A DNA stretch of 64,000 nucleotides from Glaucostegus cemiculus (lineage: Eukaryota): assembly GCA_976551045.1 (NCBI GenBank), contig CDPCPM010000263.1:1550001-1614000 (forward strand), in the 5' to 3' direction. The translations under genes and the position numbers were made by a program. Of the stretch, positions 1 through 12,414 are shown piece after piece. The notes under the pieces were generated by a model. It searched no databases. It saw only the letters and a program-made list of their open reading frames with translations, and was not told where the DNA came from. Position 1 is the stretch's first letter; each line of letters starts with the position of its first letter.

Positions 1-420
1 GCTATTTGATGACCTAATGCTTTCAGGTATTGCAGGATTTATGGACTGTGAACTGGAAATTTTACGTGACTTCAGTTACTTTTCAGGGAAGCAAATAAAG
101 CAATATATTTAACCTTGAAGCTTGCAGCAGCAGCAGAATTTAAAGCTATCAGGATTTTGATCTAACTTCCCCCATTTGTCGACTCTTCTGCACCAGTTAC
201 TGGAGAAATCTCTTGCACCACTCTACTGATTTACACCTTAAGTGCAAAATCTTTCGCTTTGATACATTCACTAATAGCAGGCCAGGCTAGGTGTAAAATA
301 TTTACTCTTCAGATTAAATTAAACATTTGGAATATGACCCCAAATTATCTTTATCTAATCATTTAATCAGCATAGACTTAATGTCTATAGAAGGAATGGC
401 ATCCTTCTATGTGCTAAGAT

Positions 421-463
421 GATTTGATATGATATGATATGATATGATATGACATGACATGAC
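421..463. repeat. (GATAT)n/(GACAT)n pentanucleotide microsatellite
   Basis: gatatgatatgatatgatatgatatgacatgacatgac read directly. Confidence 0.95.
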
Positions 464-501
464 GAGGGCAACAGGCACATGGGAATGCCACCACGCCAAG
501 A

Positions 502-886
502 CAAGGTCAAGTTTATTGTCATCTGCACAAGTACATGTATGCACAGGTGCAATGAAAAACTTAATTGATGATGCAGCAGCATCACAGGCACATAATATAA
601 GAGACACAACATTCACAAGAAAAACATACATTAAACATTAATTATACAAAATTATACAAGAAAGAACACAATTAGAACAAAAAAAAGCAAAATCCATTGC
701 AGTGCAAAATGGTCAAAGTGGTCATAGTGTTGCTAAATTGAGGTAGTGATTAGGGTTGTGCAGGTTGGTTCAAGAACGGAATGGTTGAAGGGAAGTAGCT
801 GTTCCTGAACCTGGTGGTGTGGGATTTCAGGCTTCTGTACCTCCTGCCCGATGGTAGCTGCAAGAATACGGCATGGCCCAGATGGT
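502..886 (-). mobile_element. Rex1/Babar LINE 3' fragment, family A
   Basis: Near-identical 3'UTR to 13072-13617, 27548-28012 and 61664-61916. The minus strand encodes LPSGRRYRSLKSHTTRFRNSYFP, a Rex1 C-terminus (DUF1891-like). Confidence 0.85.
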
Positions 887-939
887 GTTTGGTGACAAGT
901 CGAACCTCCTTAACCTTCTAAGAAACTAAAGATTCTGAC

Positions 940-1110
940 ACACCTTCACTGTCACTGACCAGGAGATATATCACCATGCCTTTGTCACCTCAGCATCTCG
1001 GTCCTGGAACTCCCTACACAACAGCACCATGGGGATACTCTTCACCACATGGCAGCAGTTCAAATAGGTGGCTCACTACCACTTTTTCAGTAAGATGCCC
1101 ACTCCTTCTA
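940..1110 (+). mobile_element. Old CR1/L2-group LINE 3' end
   Basis: cctggaactccctacacaacagcac...ggctcactaccac motif, which recurs at 30970-31345, 36560-36890 and 56680-56880. Confidence 0.55.
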
Positions 1111-1226
1111 AAGTTATAAAAGTCATAGAATCCAACCACTGGGATCGAGATGATTTGGTTCATCGTCACTGAGCCAGCTTTTTCAAATTTGGATTATCCA
1201 GTAGTCAAATACTCCCCCCTCTGTTT

Positions 1227-2580
1227 GTCATAGAGTCATAGAACACTACAGCACAGAAACAGGTCCTTTGGCCCATCTAGTCCATGCTGGCCTGGTCTTC
1301 TGCCTAGTCCCATCTACCTGCACCCGGACCATATCCCTCCAAACCCCTCCCACCCATGTACCTATCCAAACCTCTCTTAAATATTACAATTCAACCCGCA
1401 TCCACCACTTCCACTGTCAGCTCGATCCACACTCGCACCTCCCTGTGAGTGAAGAAGTTTCTCCTCAGATTCCCCTTAAATATTTCACCTTTCACCCTAA
1501 ACCTATGACCTCTAGTTCTAATCTCACCCAATCTGAGGGGAAGAAGCCTGTGTGCATTCACCCTATCCATACCCTTCATATTCTGTATACCTCTATAAGA
1601 TCTCCTCATTCTCCTGTGCTGCAGGGAATAAAGTCCTAACCTATTCAACCTTTCCCTAGAACTCAGGTCCTCAAGTCCCGGCAACATCCATGTAAATTTT
1701 CTCTGCACTCTTTCAAGCTTATTGATATCTTTCCTGTAGGTAGGTGACCAGAACTGCACACAATACTCACTAATGTCTTATAGAACTTCAACATAACATC
1801 CCAACTCCTGTACTCAGTGCCCTGATTTATGGTGGCCAATGTGCCAAAAGCTCTGTTTACGACCCTATCTACCTGCAATGCCACTTTCAAGGAATTATGG
1901 ATCTGTATTCCCAGGTCCCTTTGTTCTACTGCACACCTCAGTGCCCTACCATTCACCCTGGTCTTACCCTGGTTTGTCCTCCCAGAGTGCATCACCTCAC
2001 ACTTGTCTGCATTAAGTTCCATCTGCCATTTTTCCACCTATTTTCCCAGCTGGTCCAGACCATGCTGCAAGCTTTGATAGCCTTCCTCGCTGTCCACTAT
2101 GCCCTCAATCTGATCCTGATTACCACATTATCATCTAAATCATTACTACAGATGATAAACAACAATGTACCCAGTACTGATCCCTGTGGCACACGACTAC
2201 TCACAGGCCTCCAATCAGAGAGACAACCATCTACTCCCATTCTCTGGCTTCTCCCACTAAGCCAACATTGAATCCAATTGACCACATCATCCTAAATGCC
2301 AAGCAGTTTAACCTTCTGGAGCAGCCTCACATGCAGGACTTTGTCAAAGGTTTTGCTAAAGTCCATGTAGACAATGTCCACCACCTTCCCCTCATCAGCC
2401 TTCTTGGTAACCCCTTTGAAAAACTCTATTAGATTGGTTAAACATGACCTGCCATGTACAAAGCCATCTTGACTATCCCTAATCAGGCCCTAGCTATCCA
2501 AACACTTATCTATCCTGTCCTTCAGAATACCTTCCAATAATTCACCCAAGACTGATGTCAGGCCTATAATTTCCTGGATT
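1227..2580 (-). mobile_element. CR1/HER1 LINE, RT domain and 3' end (frameshifted)
   Basis: ORF-track peptides VPQGSVLGTLLFII..NDLD, EKWQMELNADKCEVMH, QFWSPTYRKDINKLERVQRKFT; (CTATGA/TTCTATG)-type tail at 1227-1245. Confidence 0.95.
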
Positions 2581-3215
2581 TTTATTCCTCATTTCCACCC
2601 AAATTACCTTGGTAGTCTAGCCCTCCAGTATGTCCTCACTGAGCACTGCCGTGACGTTTTCCCTGATGAGTATTGCCACCCCTCCCCCTTTAATACCCCC
2701 CCTCTATCATGTCTAAAACAACAGAACCCTGGAACATTGAGCTGCCAGTCCTGCCCCTCCTGCAACCAAGTCTCACTAATGGCTACAACATCATTATTTC
2801 ACGAACAGATCCATACTCCAAGTTCTTCTGCCTTACCTATGATACCTGCATTGAAATAGCCGCAACTCAGAACATTAGTCCCACCGCGTTCAACCTTTTG
2901 GTTTCCATCTTTGCTTGTAGTCTTAACATCTACTTTCCCCACAGCCTCTCCACTTGCTGTCCTGCCACTCTGGTTCCCACCCCCCTGCAACCTGCAACTC
3001 TAGTTTTAGTTCAAACCAACCCCCCCCCCCATGCAGCACTAGCAAACCTTCCCCTCCAGTTCAGGTGCAAACCATCCCATTTGTACAGGTCCCACCTGCC
3101 CTGGAAGAGAGACCAATGATCTAAGAATACAAAGCCCTCCCTCCTGCACCATCCGCTTCCGCTTAGCCACATGTTAACCTGCACTATCTTCCTATTTCTT
3201 GCCTTACTTTCCTCG
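2581..3215 (-). mobile_element. CR1 ORF1 esterase (SGNH-like) end plus ORF2 endonuclease N-terminus
   Basis: WCRREGFVFLDHWSLFQGRWDLYKWDGLHLNWRG (ORF1) followed by LSCGYFNAGIIGKAEEL (APE start). Confidence 0.85.
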
Positions 3216-4250
3216 CTCACTTTTATAAAATTCCATTTTGAACATTAGTATTGAGTTTACATCCCTAATTTATTCAGGCATTATAATTCAGAACATAACA
3301 ATTTGCTGCATAAATTATGATCTTCAAATCTCATTTCCAGTCCCCTTGCCAATTACTTTAAATATCTGTCACCCAGGCACTGTTATTACGCCAATGGAAA
3401 TAGATTCTCCTCATTATGATCTTAACACCTCTACTAAATCTCCTCTTAATCTTCTCTGCCTGAAGGAGAATGACCCCAGTTCTTCAGTTCTTCATCCTGT
3501 ACTCAGATGAATAATCCCTGGCAAGAAAATTAAACTGTTCATTCATCAGTAGAGGTCATTAAAATTCCTATTCTCAGTGGACCAGGATTCACCTACCAAC
3601 AGCAAGCATGGGCAAAGGGCCCATTCCTGATTCAGTGACATTCTGCCACCGTTTGTTGTACTTCTTTAGTAAAATTATCACACAGGCAGTGTGGGAGTTG
3701 GGGAGATGGAAGGGGCAAGTCTCCAATCCAATGTCCAATATCTTGAACTTAATCCAGGAACATCATCCACAAAATCGGAACAAGGGAACTAACAGGAACA
3801 TCAGAGCAGATGTTGGTTTCCTTATTAAGAATCAATCCAGACATGAAATGATCCCTTGTTGCCAACTTAATCATTCCAATATTCACAAACACATAGTGTT
3901 TGAGGCAACTAATGTAATTTTAGACAAATTACCTTGGCTGGTTTTTTCTGCATTGCAGGAATGAAGCTAAAACAGTTAAGAGCTGCATCCACCAAACAGC
4001 AAAACATAGACATCAAGGGCAGATATTCCCCACTTGTGCCAACCTATGAACAGGAGCTCGTGAAGTTCATGTGAAATACTAATTATGAATGTTTACTATT
4101 TAAAATATATGAAGAAATGCCTCTGTTTGAATAACCAGAGTAGAGCAAACTCCTCATTGTTTATATTGTTGACTGGTTGTATTTTCTATTCATTCATGGG
4201 ATGCTAAATCATCCATCAAATGAATAGTTTGCTGGTCTATTTCAGAGAGG

Positions 4251-4694
4251 ACCCCTCCCATCTCACCCCTCCCATCATCTCTTTACAATTTTGCCATCTG
4301 GAAGGAGGCTCAAATGTATCAGGGCGAGAACGACCAGGCTGAGCAATAGCTTCTTTCCGCAAGCCATCAGAACTGTGAACTCTCTCATTCCTCCATCTTC
4401 CTTGTTAACACTAAGGGATGCTAGGTGCACAGGAATGCACCAGCACTTTAAATGCCCGCCACCAGCTCGTTCACTTTAATAACTATTTATTCAATTACCT
4501 GCCGTATTTAATTTAACCTGCCATATTTAATTTAATTTAAGCTTCGGTAGTTTTTAATGTTTTTTTTGTTCAATGTGTCTGTGTGTCTCTGCTGTTTGTT
4601 ATTTAATGGGACGAGCACCTGAGGAGGACGGTATCTCGCTCCTATGCATACTATGTATGTATATGGTTGTGACAATAAAACGGATTCTGATTCT
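4251..4694 (+). mobile_element. Rex1/Babar LINE 3' fragment, family D (young)
   Basis: LPSGRRLKCIRARTTRLSNSFFPQAIR; highly similar to 20720-21167; ends AATAAA plus GATTCT repeats. Confidence 0.9.
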
Positions 4695-4699
4695 GGTAA

Positions 4700-4945
4700 A
4701 AGGTGTTTACATTGCTGTGGTCTTAGCCAGTCAGGGGAAGGATGGCCGATTTCCCTTAAGGACATTAGTGAAGCAGATGCTTTTTACAAACAATCAGCTA
4801 CTCTTGTCATCATCTTAACAGATGCAATATTTTAATTCTAGATTATTTAAGTAAATTAATTTTAAGTCTCCAGCTGGTGTGGTGGGATTTGATGCCATGT
4901 CTTTGGATCACTGGGCCAGGCCTTGTGTCTACTAGGTCAGTAAGA
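4700..4945 (-). mobile_element. tRNA-derived SINE (host of the Rex1 insertion at 4251)
   Basis: ggacattagtgaagcagatgctttttacaaacaatc...ggtgggatttga; same family as 11405-11655, 48150-48485 and 61320-61660. Confidence 0.6.
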
Positions 4946-5119
4946 ATTAGACTTGCACTGAACTTTGGTCAGCTCATGCTTGTAGTACTCCGCACAGTGT
5001 CAGTCACCGTACTATATAAAACATATAATGGGGAAGGTGCTAAAAAACATTCACAAGGATGATGGCAGAACAGAAAAAATATACTTAGGGAAAGGTGATC
5101 AGGCTGAAATTCTTTTCTC

Positions 5120-5540
5120 TAGAATCATAGAATTATTAGAGGTGGCCATTCACCTCTTTGAGCCATTCTAGCCCTCTACAAAAGCAGCCCAGTTGGTCAT
5201 ATCCCCAGCTCCTTCTCCATAACCCTGCAACTTTGCTTCTCCTTCAAGTGTCTATCCAGCTCCCTTTTGAAAGCCAAATCTCTTTTCACCACATTATCAG
5301 GCAGCCATTGTAATCGATGATTACTTGCTGCATGAGGAAGTTTGTTCCCATAGCCTTTTGCCAATCACTTTAAATCTATGACCATTGATTCTCAACCCTT
5401 CTGTCAACAGAAGCAGATTCACTTGGTCCACCTTGCCTGGACCCACTGCGATTTTGAAGACATATATCAAGTCATCTCTCAGTCATAAAGAATCCCAGCT
5501 TCTTCAGTCTGTCTACATAATTGAAATCCTTCATTCTCAT
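5120..5540 (-). mobile_element. Decayed CR1 3' end
   Basis: tagaatcatagaa tail and degenerate CR1 3' motifs. Confidence 0.5.
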
Positions 5541-6000
5541 ATGTCCAAGGGAGTATACGGCTAGTCTATACAATTCAGCCTTCAAATATGAAATCTTAAT
5601 GTTTCATTTAATATTTGACCTAACGACTGGTGGAGTGGCACGGGGGGCGGTGTGGGGTGGAGAAGATATCCATTAAAGATGCAGATTAAGAAAAATGTAA
5701 ATCACGTGTAAGAACCATAAAATTACCTGCCTGCCAAGGTACAAACTAGTTTAACTCATCAAGAATCTTGGAGTTGAATCAAAACTGAGGAGTTATGATA
5801 TTACGGAAGGGCTTTCTTGCATTGAAATTTTGGTGGAACACAATTAGAGACTGTTAATATAGGATAGCCATTGATAAACCAGTAAGGAAATCTAAAGCAG
5901 CTGGTTCCCCTGGGAGTAGTGAGAATGTGGTTATTGTTACCATCAAGGGTAGTTGAAATAAATAGCATGGGAATATTTGAAAGGAGGCCACACAGGCACA

Positions 6001-6200
6001 CGATCTACCTCGTTATGATCTTGCACCTTATTGTCTACCTGTGATGTACTTCCCAGTAGCTGTGACATTTTACTCTGTATTCTGTTATTGTTTTTACCCT
6101 GTACTACCTCAACGCACTGTGTAATGAATTGATCTGTATGAACGGGATGCAAGACAAGTTTTTCACTGTATCTTGGTACAGTAGTAAACCAATACCAATA
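6001..6200 (+). mobile_element. Rex1/Babar 3'UTR, family C, inserted into a decayed CR1 (approx. 5830-6330)
   Basis: atctacctcgttatgatcttgcaccttattgtc...tttttcactgtatcttggtaca..aaaccaatacc, shared with 18303-18708 and 48810-49290. Confidence 0.8.
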
Positions 6201-7019
6201 TACAAAGGAGAAAGCAGTGATTGGGGAAGGTAATGAGTTAGATAATGTCAGGTGGAAGGAGGCTCACCTGGGACTGGCAGAGAACAATAGCCTGAATGGC
6301 CTGCTTCAATGGTGTACACTCGATATGAGGCAATGGCAGAGATACCCTCATACTCCCAGGGCACACAAACAGTGGATCTGTCTCCAAAGCATATCTTAAA
6401 GCTGCAGTGGGCCTTGCCGTAGGAAGGTCTTTGGTGATGTCTTACAAAAATGATGTCTCCTTATTTTATACAGTTTCAACACACTCTCACTGATTCTGAC
6501 CAAGGCTGCAATCCAATTTCAAGACTGTCAATGGTATTGAGCATAAAGATGCCACTTATAGATACCATACTGATACAGTGCAGTGGCAGCAAAGCATACA
6601 TAGTGACTCCTATATTTAAGTGTTCAACTCTTGGAGATAGTTCACCTACTGTTTACCAAAACCAGATTCCACAGTTTAATTCAAATCTGTGAAATTCACC
6701 TGAAGTTGTCATCATCTGGAGGTCTGCTCTAGCATTCTTCTCCAGGAAGGTTCTTATAATGAATGTCTTGGAATTCTGGAAGAGCTATAAGCATTGACTG
6801 AAACAATTAGTCAACAATGCACAAAATTTACTTAGAACTATTTTAAAATGCAGACCTTTCAATTAAGACTGAAAGACAGGAAACTGGAATTACAGTAAAT
6901 AGCCCAGCTGAAGGGCTAGCACTGGCCCAGCTTTGTTAGGCTGAATGGCCTCTTTCTGTACTTAATCTGTCTGATACGTAACACCTTTCATATTCCTGGG
7001 AAGGATTTTTGTCCTTTAC

Positions 7020-7230
7020 ATATAACAAAGTACTTTGAAGTTCAGTAGTTTTTGTTATGTTAACAAGTGGATGAGCCAATTTTGCACATATCAATCTTCA
7101 ATTTGTGTGTCTCTGGTGGAGCTAACTACAAGGAAAATACTAGCTAAAAAAAGAAAGTAAGCCCTGCTATTCTTCCATAAAATTCTTCACCTGAATCCCC
7201 CAAATGGAGCTTTAATGTCTCAAAGGACGA
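7020..7230 (-). mobile_element. Deu-domain SINE remnant (SacSINE1-like)
   Basis: aagtactttgaagt...agccaattttgcaca...ccctgctattcttc, the reverse complement of the Deu core seen at 30765. Confidence 0.4.
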
Positions 7231-8129
7231 AAGTCCACAGAAATAAAACTCTGCAAAGCCATTCAGTGGGTTGCTGATTCGCAATCAGCCATTTTACCTT
7301 GCTTCATAAGGTCAAACTGCAGTGGAGGCAAAGCTTTGCAAATAAAAGCAGCGCTACAACATAGATCTGAGGGTGCTCGTTCTGCATATCTTTCATGTGC
7401 AGAGTAATATATTCAGAAGTTATGCACCTTGTTTTGATGTTCAGACCTTTGTAGTTCAACATAGAGAGCCCCAGCATTCATGGCTGCTGGTTGCTAGGCA
7501 CTCATTCCCAAATGTGTGAGGCTGTGCAGGTGGAACTGATGCTTCAAAAAAAAAACCCAGCTTATTTCCTGGTGTGTTTATAACTGAGAAGCTAATGAGC
7601 ATGATATTAGTTTACAAATGCTTCAGACATTATTGCTAATGCACTGGTCTATACAAGTTTCTCATTTTGTGTTCAGGTCTGGGCAATGCTGCCTTGTTTA
7701 GCATTTATTGCCCAGTTACTTGGAGGTCCTTTCTCCTGTGCTGCTGCTGCCACTTGTGCTAATGATGTGGCCGCTGTGCCATTAGGCAGAAGATGCCAGA
7801 ATTTTGACCTGGTATTGAAGCAGGAATGTCTAATTGAGGATAGTGTGTAACATGAACGTCACGGTGCTGCTGTGGTATTGCTGCTCTTCTCCTCAGAGTA
7901 AAGGGTCAGAGGACTGAATAAATCTATCTTAAAAATAGCTCCACAATCTATGCCCTAATCTGATATGGCACAAAACCGTTTCTAGATTTGCACTGCAAAT
8001 TGTTTCACCTTGAGTGAATCTCTTTGGAAAAATCAGCTCCTATTGGACTGCAGTCATTTTTATTTTCACTCCTACATCTTGAGTACTGACAGTGCCAGTG
8101 AAAAAGTGGACTACTCGTAGAACAGTAGA

Positions 8130-8430
8130 GTCCAATTCATTCCGCCTCCTGTGCCACTGGTGTAGAGTTTGCACCTTCTCCCTGTGACTGTGTGGGTTTC
8201 CCTCGGATGCTCCGGTTTCATCCCTCATCTCAAAGATGTGCCGGTTGGTAAGTTAACTGGCTACTGTGATTTACCCCAGGTGTAGGTGTGTGGTAAAAGA
8301 GTTAGTGGGAGTAAATAGCTTTGTGAGAGAGAATAGGTAACAAGTAAATGTGGAGGGATGGAACTGATGGCAATGCATTGAGAGTTGCCTCTCGATGGGC
8401 CAAATGGCCTCCTTTCATGTCATAACAAAA
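8130..8430 (+). mobile_element. V-SINE (HE1-like), older copy
   Basis: V-domain gagtttgcaccttctccctgtgactgtgtgggtttccctcggatgctccggtttc; CR1-type tail atgggccaaatggcctcct. Confidence 0.75.
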
Positions 8431-8554
8431 TGTGAGAGAAAATTTATCTTGAATTTAATTAATTTGTTTTCTTATACTTAAATCAAAATAGCACTTGAAT
8501 CAGAAATTCTGTAAATAACAGTTAAACTAGAAAACTCTCAAACCAGTGAAAATC

Positions 8555-8685
8555 AATAAAAACTGCAAATACTGGAAATCTAACATAAAACCAGAAAATT
8601 CTGGAAATACTCAGCAGGTCAGGCAGCATCTGTGGGAAGAGAAACAGAGTCAATGATTCAGGTCAAAGGCCCCTTGTCAGATTAG
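8555..8685 (-). mobile_element. Penelope-derived mini-element
   Basis: ctggaaatactcagcaggtcaggcagcatctgtgg motif shared with the PLE at 15037. Confidence 0.75.
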
Positions 8686-8769
8686 TTCTCCAAAGCCTCC
8701 ACATCAACACTGTTGGAGAAAAGGTAAAACAAATCATAAATCACCAGAAGGTCGGCTTGGTAAATTGAT

Positions 8770-9250
8770 AAATCAGTTTATTTTCATCACATGTATCGAG
8801 GCACAGTGTAAAACTTTGTTCTGCATGCCTTCCACACAGATCATTTCATCACATCAGTGCATTGAGGTCGTACAAAGGAAAAACAGTAACAATGCAGAAT
8901 AAGTTCCGTGCTGTATAACTCCATAAAAAAAATAAATAAGGTGCTACAGTTACAGAGGAAGAGCAGTGCAGGCAGACAATAAGATGCAAGGTCACAACAA
9001 GGTCGATTGTGAGGTCAAGAGTCCATCTTATTGCACTAGAGAACCATTCAATAGTCTTATAATAGTGGGATAGAAGCTGTCCTTGAGCCTGGTGGTATGT
9101 GCTTTCAGACTTTTGTATCTTCTGCCCAATGGGAGAGGGGAGAAGAGAGAATGCCCAGGGTGGGTGGGCTCTTTGATTATGTTGGCTGGTTTACTGAAGC
9201 AGCGGGAAGCGGAGTCCGTGGAGGGGAGGCTGGTTTTCGTGATGTGTCTT
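8770..9250 (-). mobile_element. Rex1/Babar 3' fragment, family C
   Basis: Minus strand reads IIKEPTHPGHSLFSPLPLGRRYKSLKAHTTRLKDSFY; homologous to 14630-15036. Confidence 0.85.
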
Positions 9251-9494
9251 CTGTGGATGGGAGGTGGTCTTCTGGTTTTAGAAGCTTTTTAAAGCTTCTA
9301 AAAATTGAATTTCAATTTGCGTTCATGCGCCACTTTTCAGCCTCAGCCTATCCAAGCATTTTACAGACAACGACATACTTTTGCTGTGGACTCGCAGTTG
9401 CATTGCAGGACATACGGCAATTAATTTGCACACTGCAAGCTCACATAAGCAGCAATGTGATAATGAACAAATGAGCTGTTTCAATCACGTTGAT

Positions 9495-9905
9495 GAACAT
9501 AGAACAGTACAGCACAGGAACAGGCCCTTCGGCCCACAATGTCTATGCCAAATACAATGCCGAATTAAACTAAGTCTTTTCTGGCTGCATGTGATCCACA
9601 TCCCTCCATTCCCTGCATATTAGTGTGTCTGTCTCACAGTTTCTTAAACACCACTATCGTATTGGCTTCCACCACTATCCCTGGCAGCCCATTCCAGGCA
9701 CCCACCACCCTCTGTGTAAAAAACTTGCCCCGCACATCTCCTTTAAACATTGCCCCCCCTCTCGGCTAAAATGCATGTCCTCTGGTACTTGACATTTCTA
9801 CCCCGGGGAAAAAATTTTGCCTGTCTACCCTGTGTCTCTCATGATCTTATACATTTCAATCAGGTCTCCCCTCAGCCTTTGATGCTCCAGAGAAAACAAC
9901 CCAAT
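9495..9905 (-). mobile_element. CR1/HER1 3' fragment
   Basis: gaacatagaacagtacagcacaggaacaggcccttcggccc tail; ccaccctctgtgtaaaaaacttgccc (GKFFTQRV). Confidence 0.9.
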
Positions 9906-10559
9906 GAGGGGTAAGCAATGTTTCTGAGGGGAAAGGCAGATGCCCAATAGGTTTGATCCAGGAGGAAGTAAGGTGGAGTTAAGTTTCAATATAAACACAG
10001 GGGAAAGAAGAAGGAGTATGCTGGATAACAGATATGGATCTTAGCAAGAATTGAAGTGCACAGAGGAACACTGACTCGTGGAATTACCTCTTCACTTTCA
10101 CAGTTCAGGGGTCACCATCTCCAGCTCAAGTGATGATGCCCTGATGTCTCTTATAACCCCACTCACCTTTAGTGCTCTCCAGGCGGCAGGTTGTCACATG
10201 GGTAACTTATGAACAACTCCTCCATGCAGACTTCCGAAGAGGTCCTGTAGTCAATCCATCACAGTCTAGCTCTCATTATTGACTACTGGACTGTGGGTTT
10301 CACTCTGGCAATCAGAAAATCCACTCCATTGTCATTATATCTGTAAAAGAGACAAAATTAGAGATCGGGAAATAGTTCCCAATGCAAAACCATTTTAAAT
10401 GCATGATAGCTCTTGATGGCAGATTTGCCACATGAGGAGAGATTAAGCAGAGAGAGCCCATAGATTGAAATGTTGACAGAGAGTCGCAGATCCGCAACAT
10501 TGACTGTTTCTCTTTCGGCAGATGCTGCCTGACCTGCTGAGTTTTTCCAGGGTCCTGTG

Positions 10560-10945
10560 TTCGGGAGGATGAGCGGTGATCTCACTGAAAAACCTAATGC
10601 GACTTTATGGGGTCAATGTGGAGTTGATGTTTCTCTTGGCTGGAGAAATTAGGGGGTCACAGCCTCAACATAAAGGTGTTGCCATTCAGGACAGAGATGA
10701 GGAGACATTTCTGTACCTGGACCCTGGTAAATCCTTGAAATTTTCTACCCAAAAGGCCAGTGGGGGCTCAGTCTCATGTATTCAAAACAATGATTGATAT
10801 CTTTTTAGAAACTGAGGGAATCAAGGGCTGTAGGGTTAATGCTGGAAAGTAGCACTGAGGTAAAAGATCTTCCATGATCTTACTAAATGGTAAAGCAGGC
10901 ATGCTGGGGTCAATAGCTCACCCCTGCCTCCATTTCCTCTGTTGT
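10560..10945 (+). mobile_element. Decayed CR1 3' end
   Basis: ggatgagcggtgatctcactgaaa...ccattcaggacagagatgagg...ccatgatct. Confidence 0.65.
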
Positions 10946-11404
10946 TACATTGATAGAAGCACAGCATGGTCCATTGAGAATGCACTTTTCCAAGCAGTGT
11001 ATTCTTGGTGTCTATTAATCTGCACTTCCTGCCCTTCAGGTTCTCTGCATTGGCCCAGAGGTGAGGTTGATTATTCTAAGCTCATAGCAAGGGTTCGAGG
11101 CTTCCTTTGTCCTTGAAATAGACAAGTTTTGTCAGTCATTGTATACCAGTGACTGGCATTGCTCATTATCCTCTCTGCACTTATAATTGACAAGACTGCT
11201 CTGTACCATGTTCTTGTAACTGACAAGCCTCATTACTTGCACAAGTAACTGAAAAAGCTCATGAGTGCTAATCATTGACAGAGCTTCTATTTATGATGTG
11301 TTTGCACTCGAGAGGCTTTCTTGCATATTGTGCACTGATAATTGACATCACAGTCCTATGTGTTCTGAAAACCCAGCACTTTCAAAATAAAATCATTCAA
11401 AGGA

Positions 11405-11655
11405 ATGGGTATTTACTAGCAAGGCCAGCATTTATTGTCCATCCCTTTTTGCCTGAGTAATGAGTGACTTGCTAAGCCATCTCAGAGGGCAATTAAAAGT
11501 CAACCATTGGTGTGGGCCTGGAGACCAGATAATAACAACAGGTGACCTTCCCTGCAGTCCGGTAATCTCACAATGACTATTACCGACATTGAATTTTTAA
11601 TTTAGTATTTATTTGACTAAGTATATTTAAATTCTCCAGGAAACATGGTGGGATT
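11405..11655 (-). mobile_element. tRNA-derived SINE
   Basis: aaggccagcatttattgtccatccc...ccatctcagagggcaattaaaagtcaacc...catggtgggatttg. Confidence 0.65.
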
Positions 11656-11659
11656 TGGA

Positions 11660-11945
11660 GATGAAAGAGACTGCAGACACTGGAATCTGAAGCAACAATT
11701 AGTCTGCTGGAGGAACTCAGTGGGTCGAGCAGCATCTGTTGGGGGAAAGGAATTGTTGATGTTTCAGGTCGAGACCTTGTATCAGGAACGAGAGTGGAGA
11801 GGGAAGATAGCTTGTATAAAGAGAGAGGGAAGGATGCGACAGGGGCCAGTAGGTGACAAGTGGACCAAAGAGCGGTAAAGGATAATGGGCAGACAGAGCC
11901 AGGTGGGGGAGGAGGACTGGAGGGGCGTTATTGGGAGACAGAGGC
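11660..11945 (-). mobile_element. Penelope-like element terminal fragment
   Basis: gactgcagacactggaatctg...tgctggaggaactcag...gatgtttcaggtcgagaccttgtatcagga, followed by a G-rich tract. Confidence 0.8.
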
Positions 11946-12414
11946 AGGTCCCTAACCCTAGCCCAAAGCACTTTAGACTTACTGTGCACAGTACATGGAT
12001 AATGTGATTCAACCACAAGTAGTATGCTACCTATTCTTCATTCTACCTTAACTAGTAACTTGATGCAAATTCCTTCAGATGATCTCGGATAATCAGGATC
12101 TGGAATTATGGATAGCAACCGGTAATAAACATTTGTTGTGTTCCATATTTAGTGTCGGCCTGTTTTTTTGGTTAGTGCAACAGTTGTGCACAGTTGAGGC
12201 ACCTTTTTCTGATTACCATTTCTCAGGTGTTTTGGGGACCATTTGGGACTTTGTAGACTGCTGGTCTGTACAGAGAAAGCGGGTGTACCAGGCTCTTGGG
12301 CACTGCCAATTGGTCCCATCAATGGTTGTAACATTGACTGGGCTTGTTATTGGGTATTTATAGTTGATATGGACAGTACTTCAGCATTTCACCAGTCACA
12401 GCTCAGTGGACTGA

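Noticed and set aside
4291-4479. DUF1891/ALKBH8-N-like peptides (also 20524, 48780, 58992) as cellular genes
   Set aside because: They are the C-terminus of Rex1/Babar ORFs, multi-copy and followed by LINE tails
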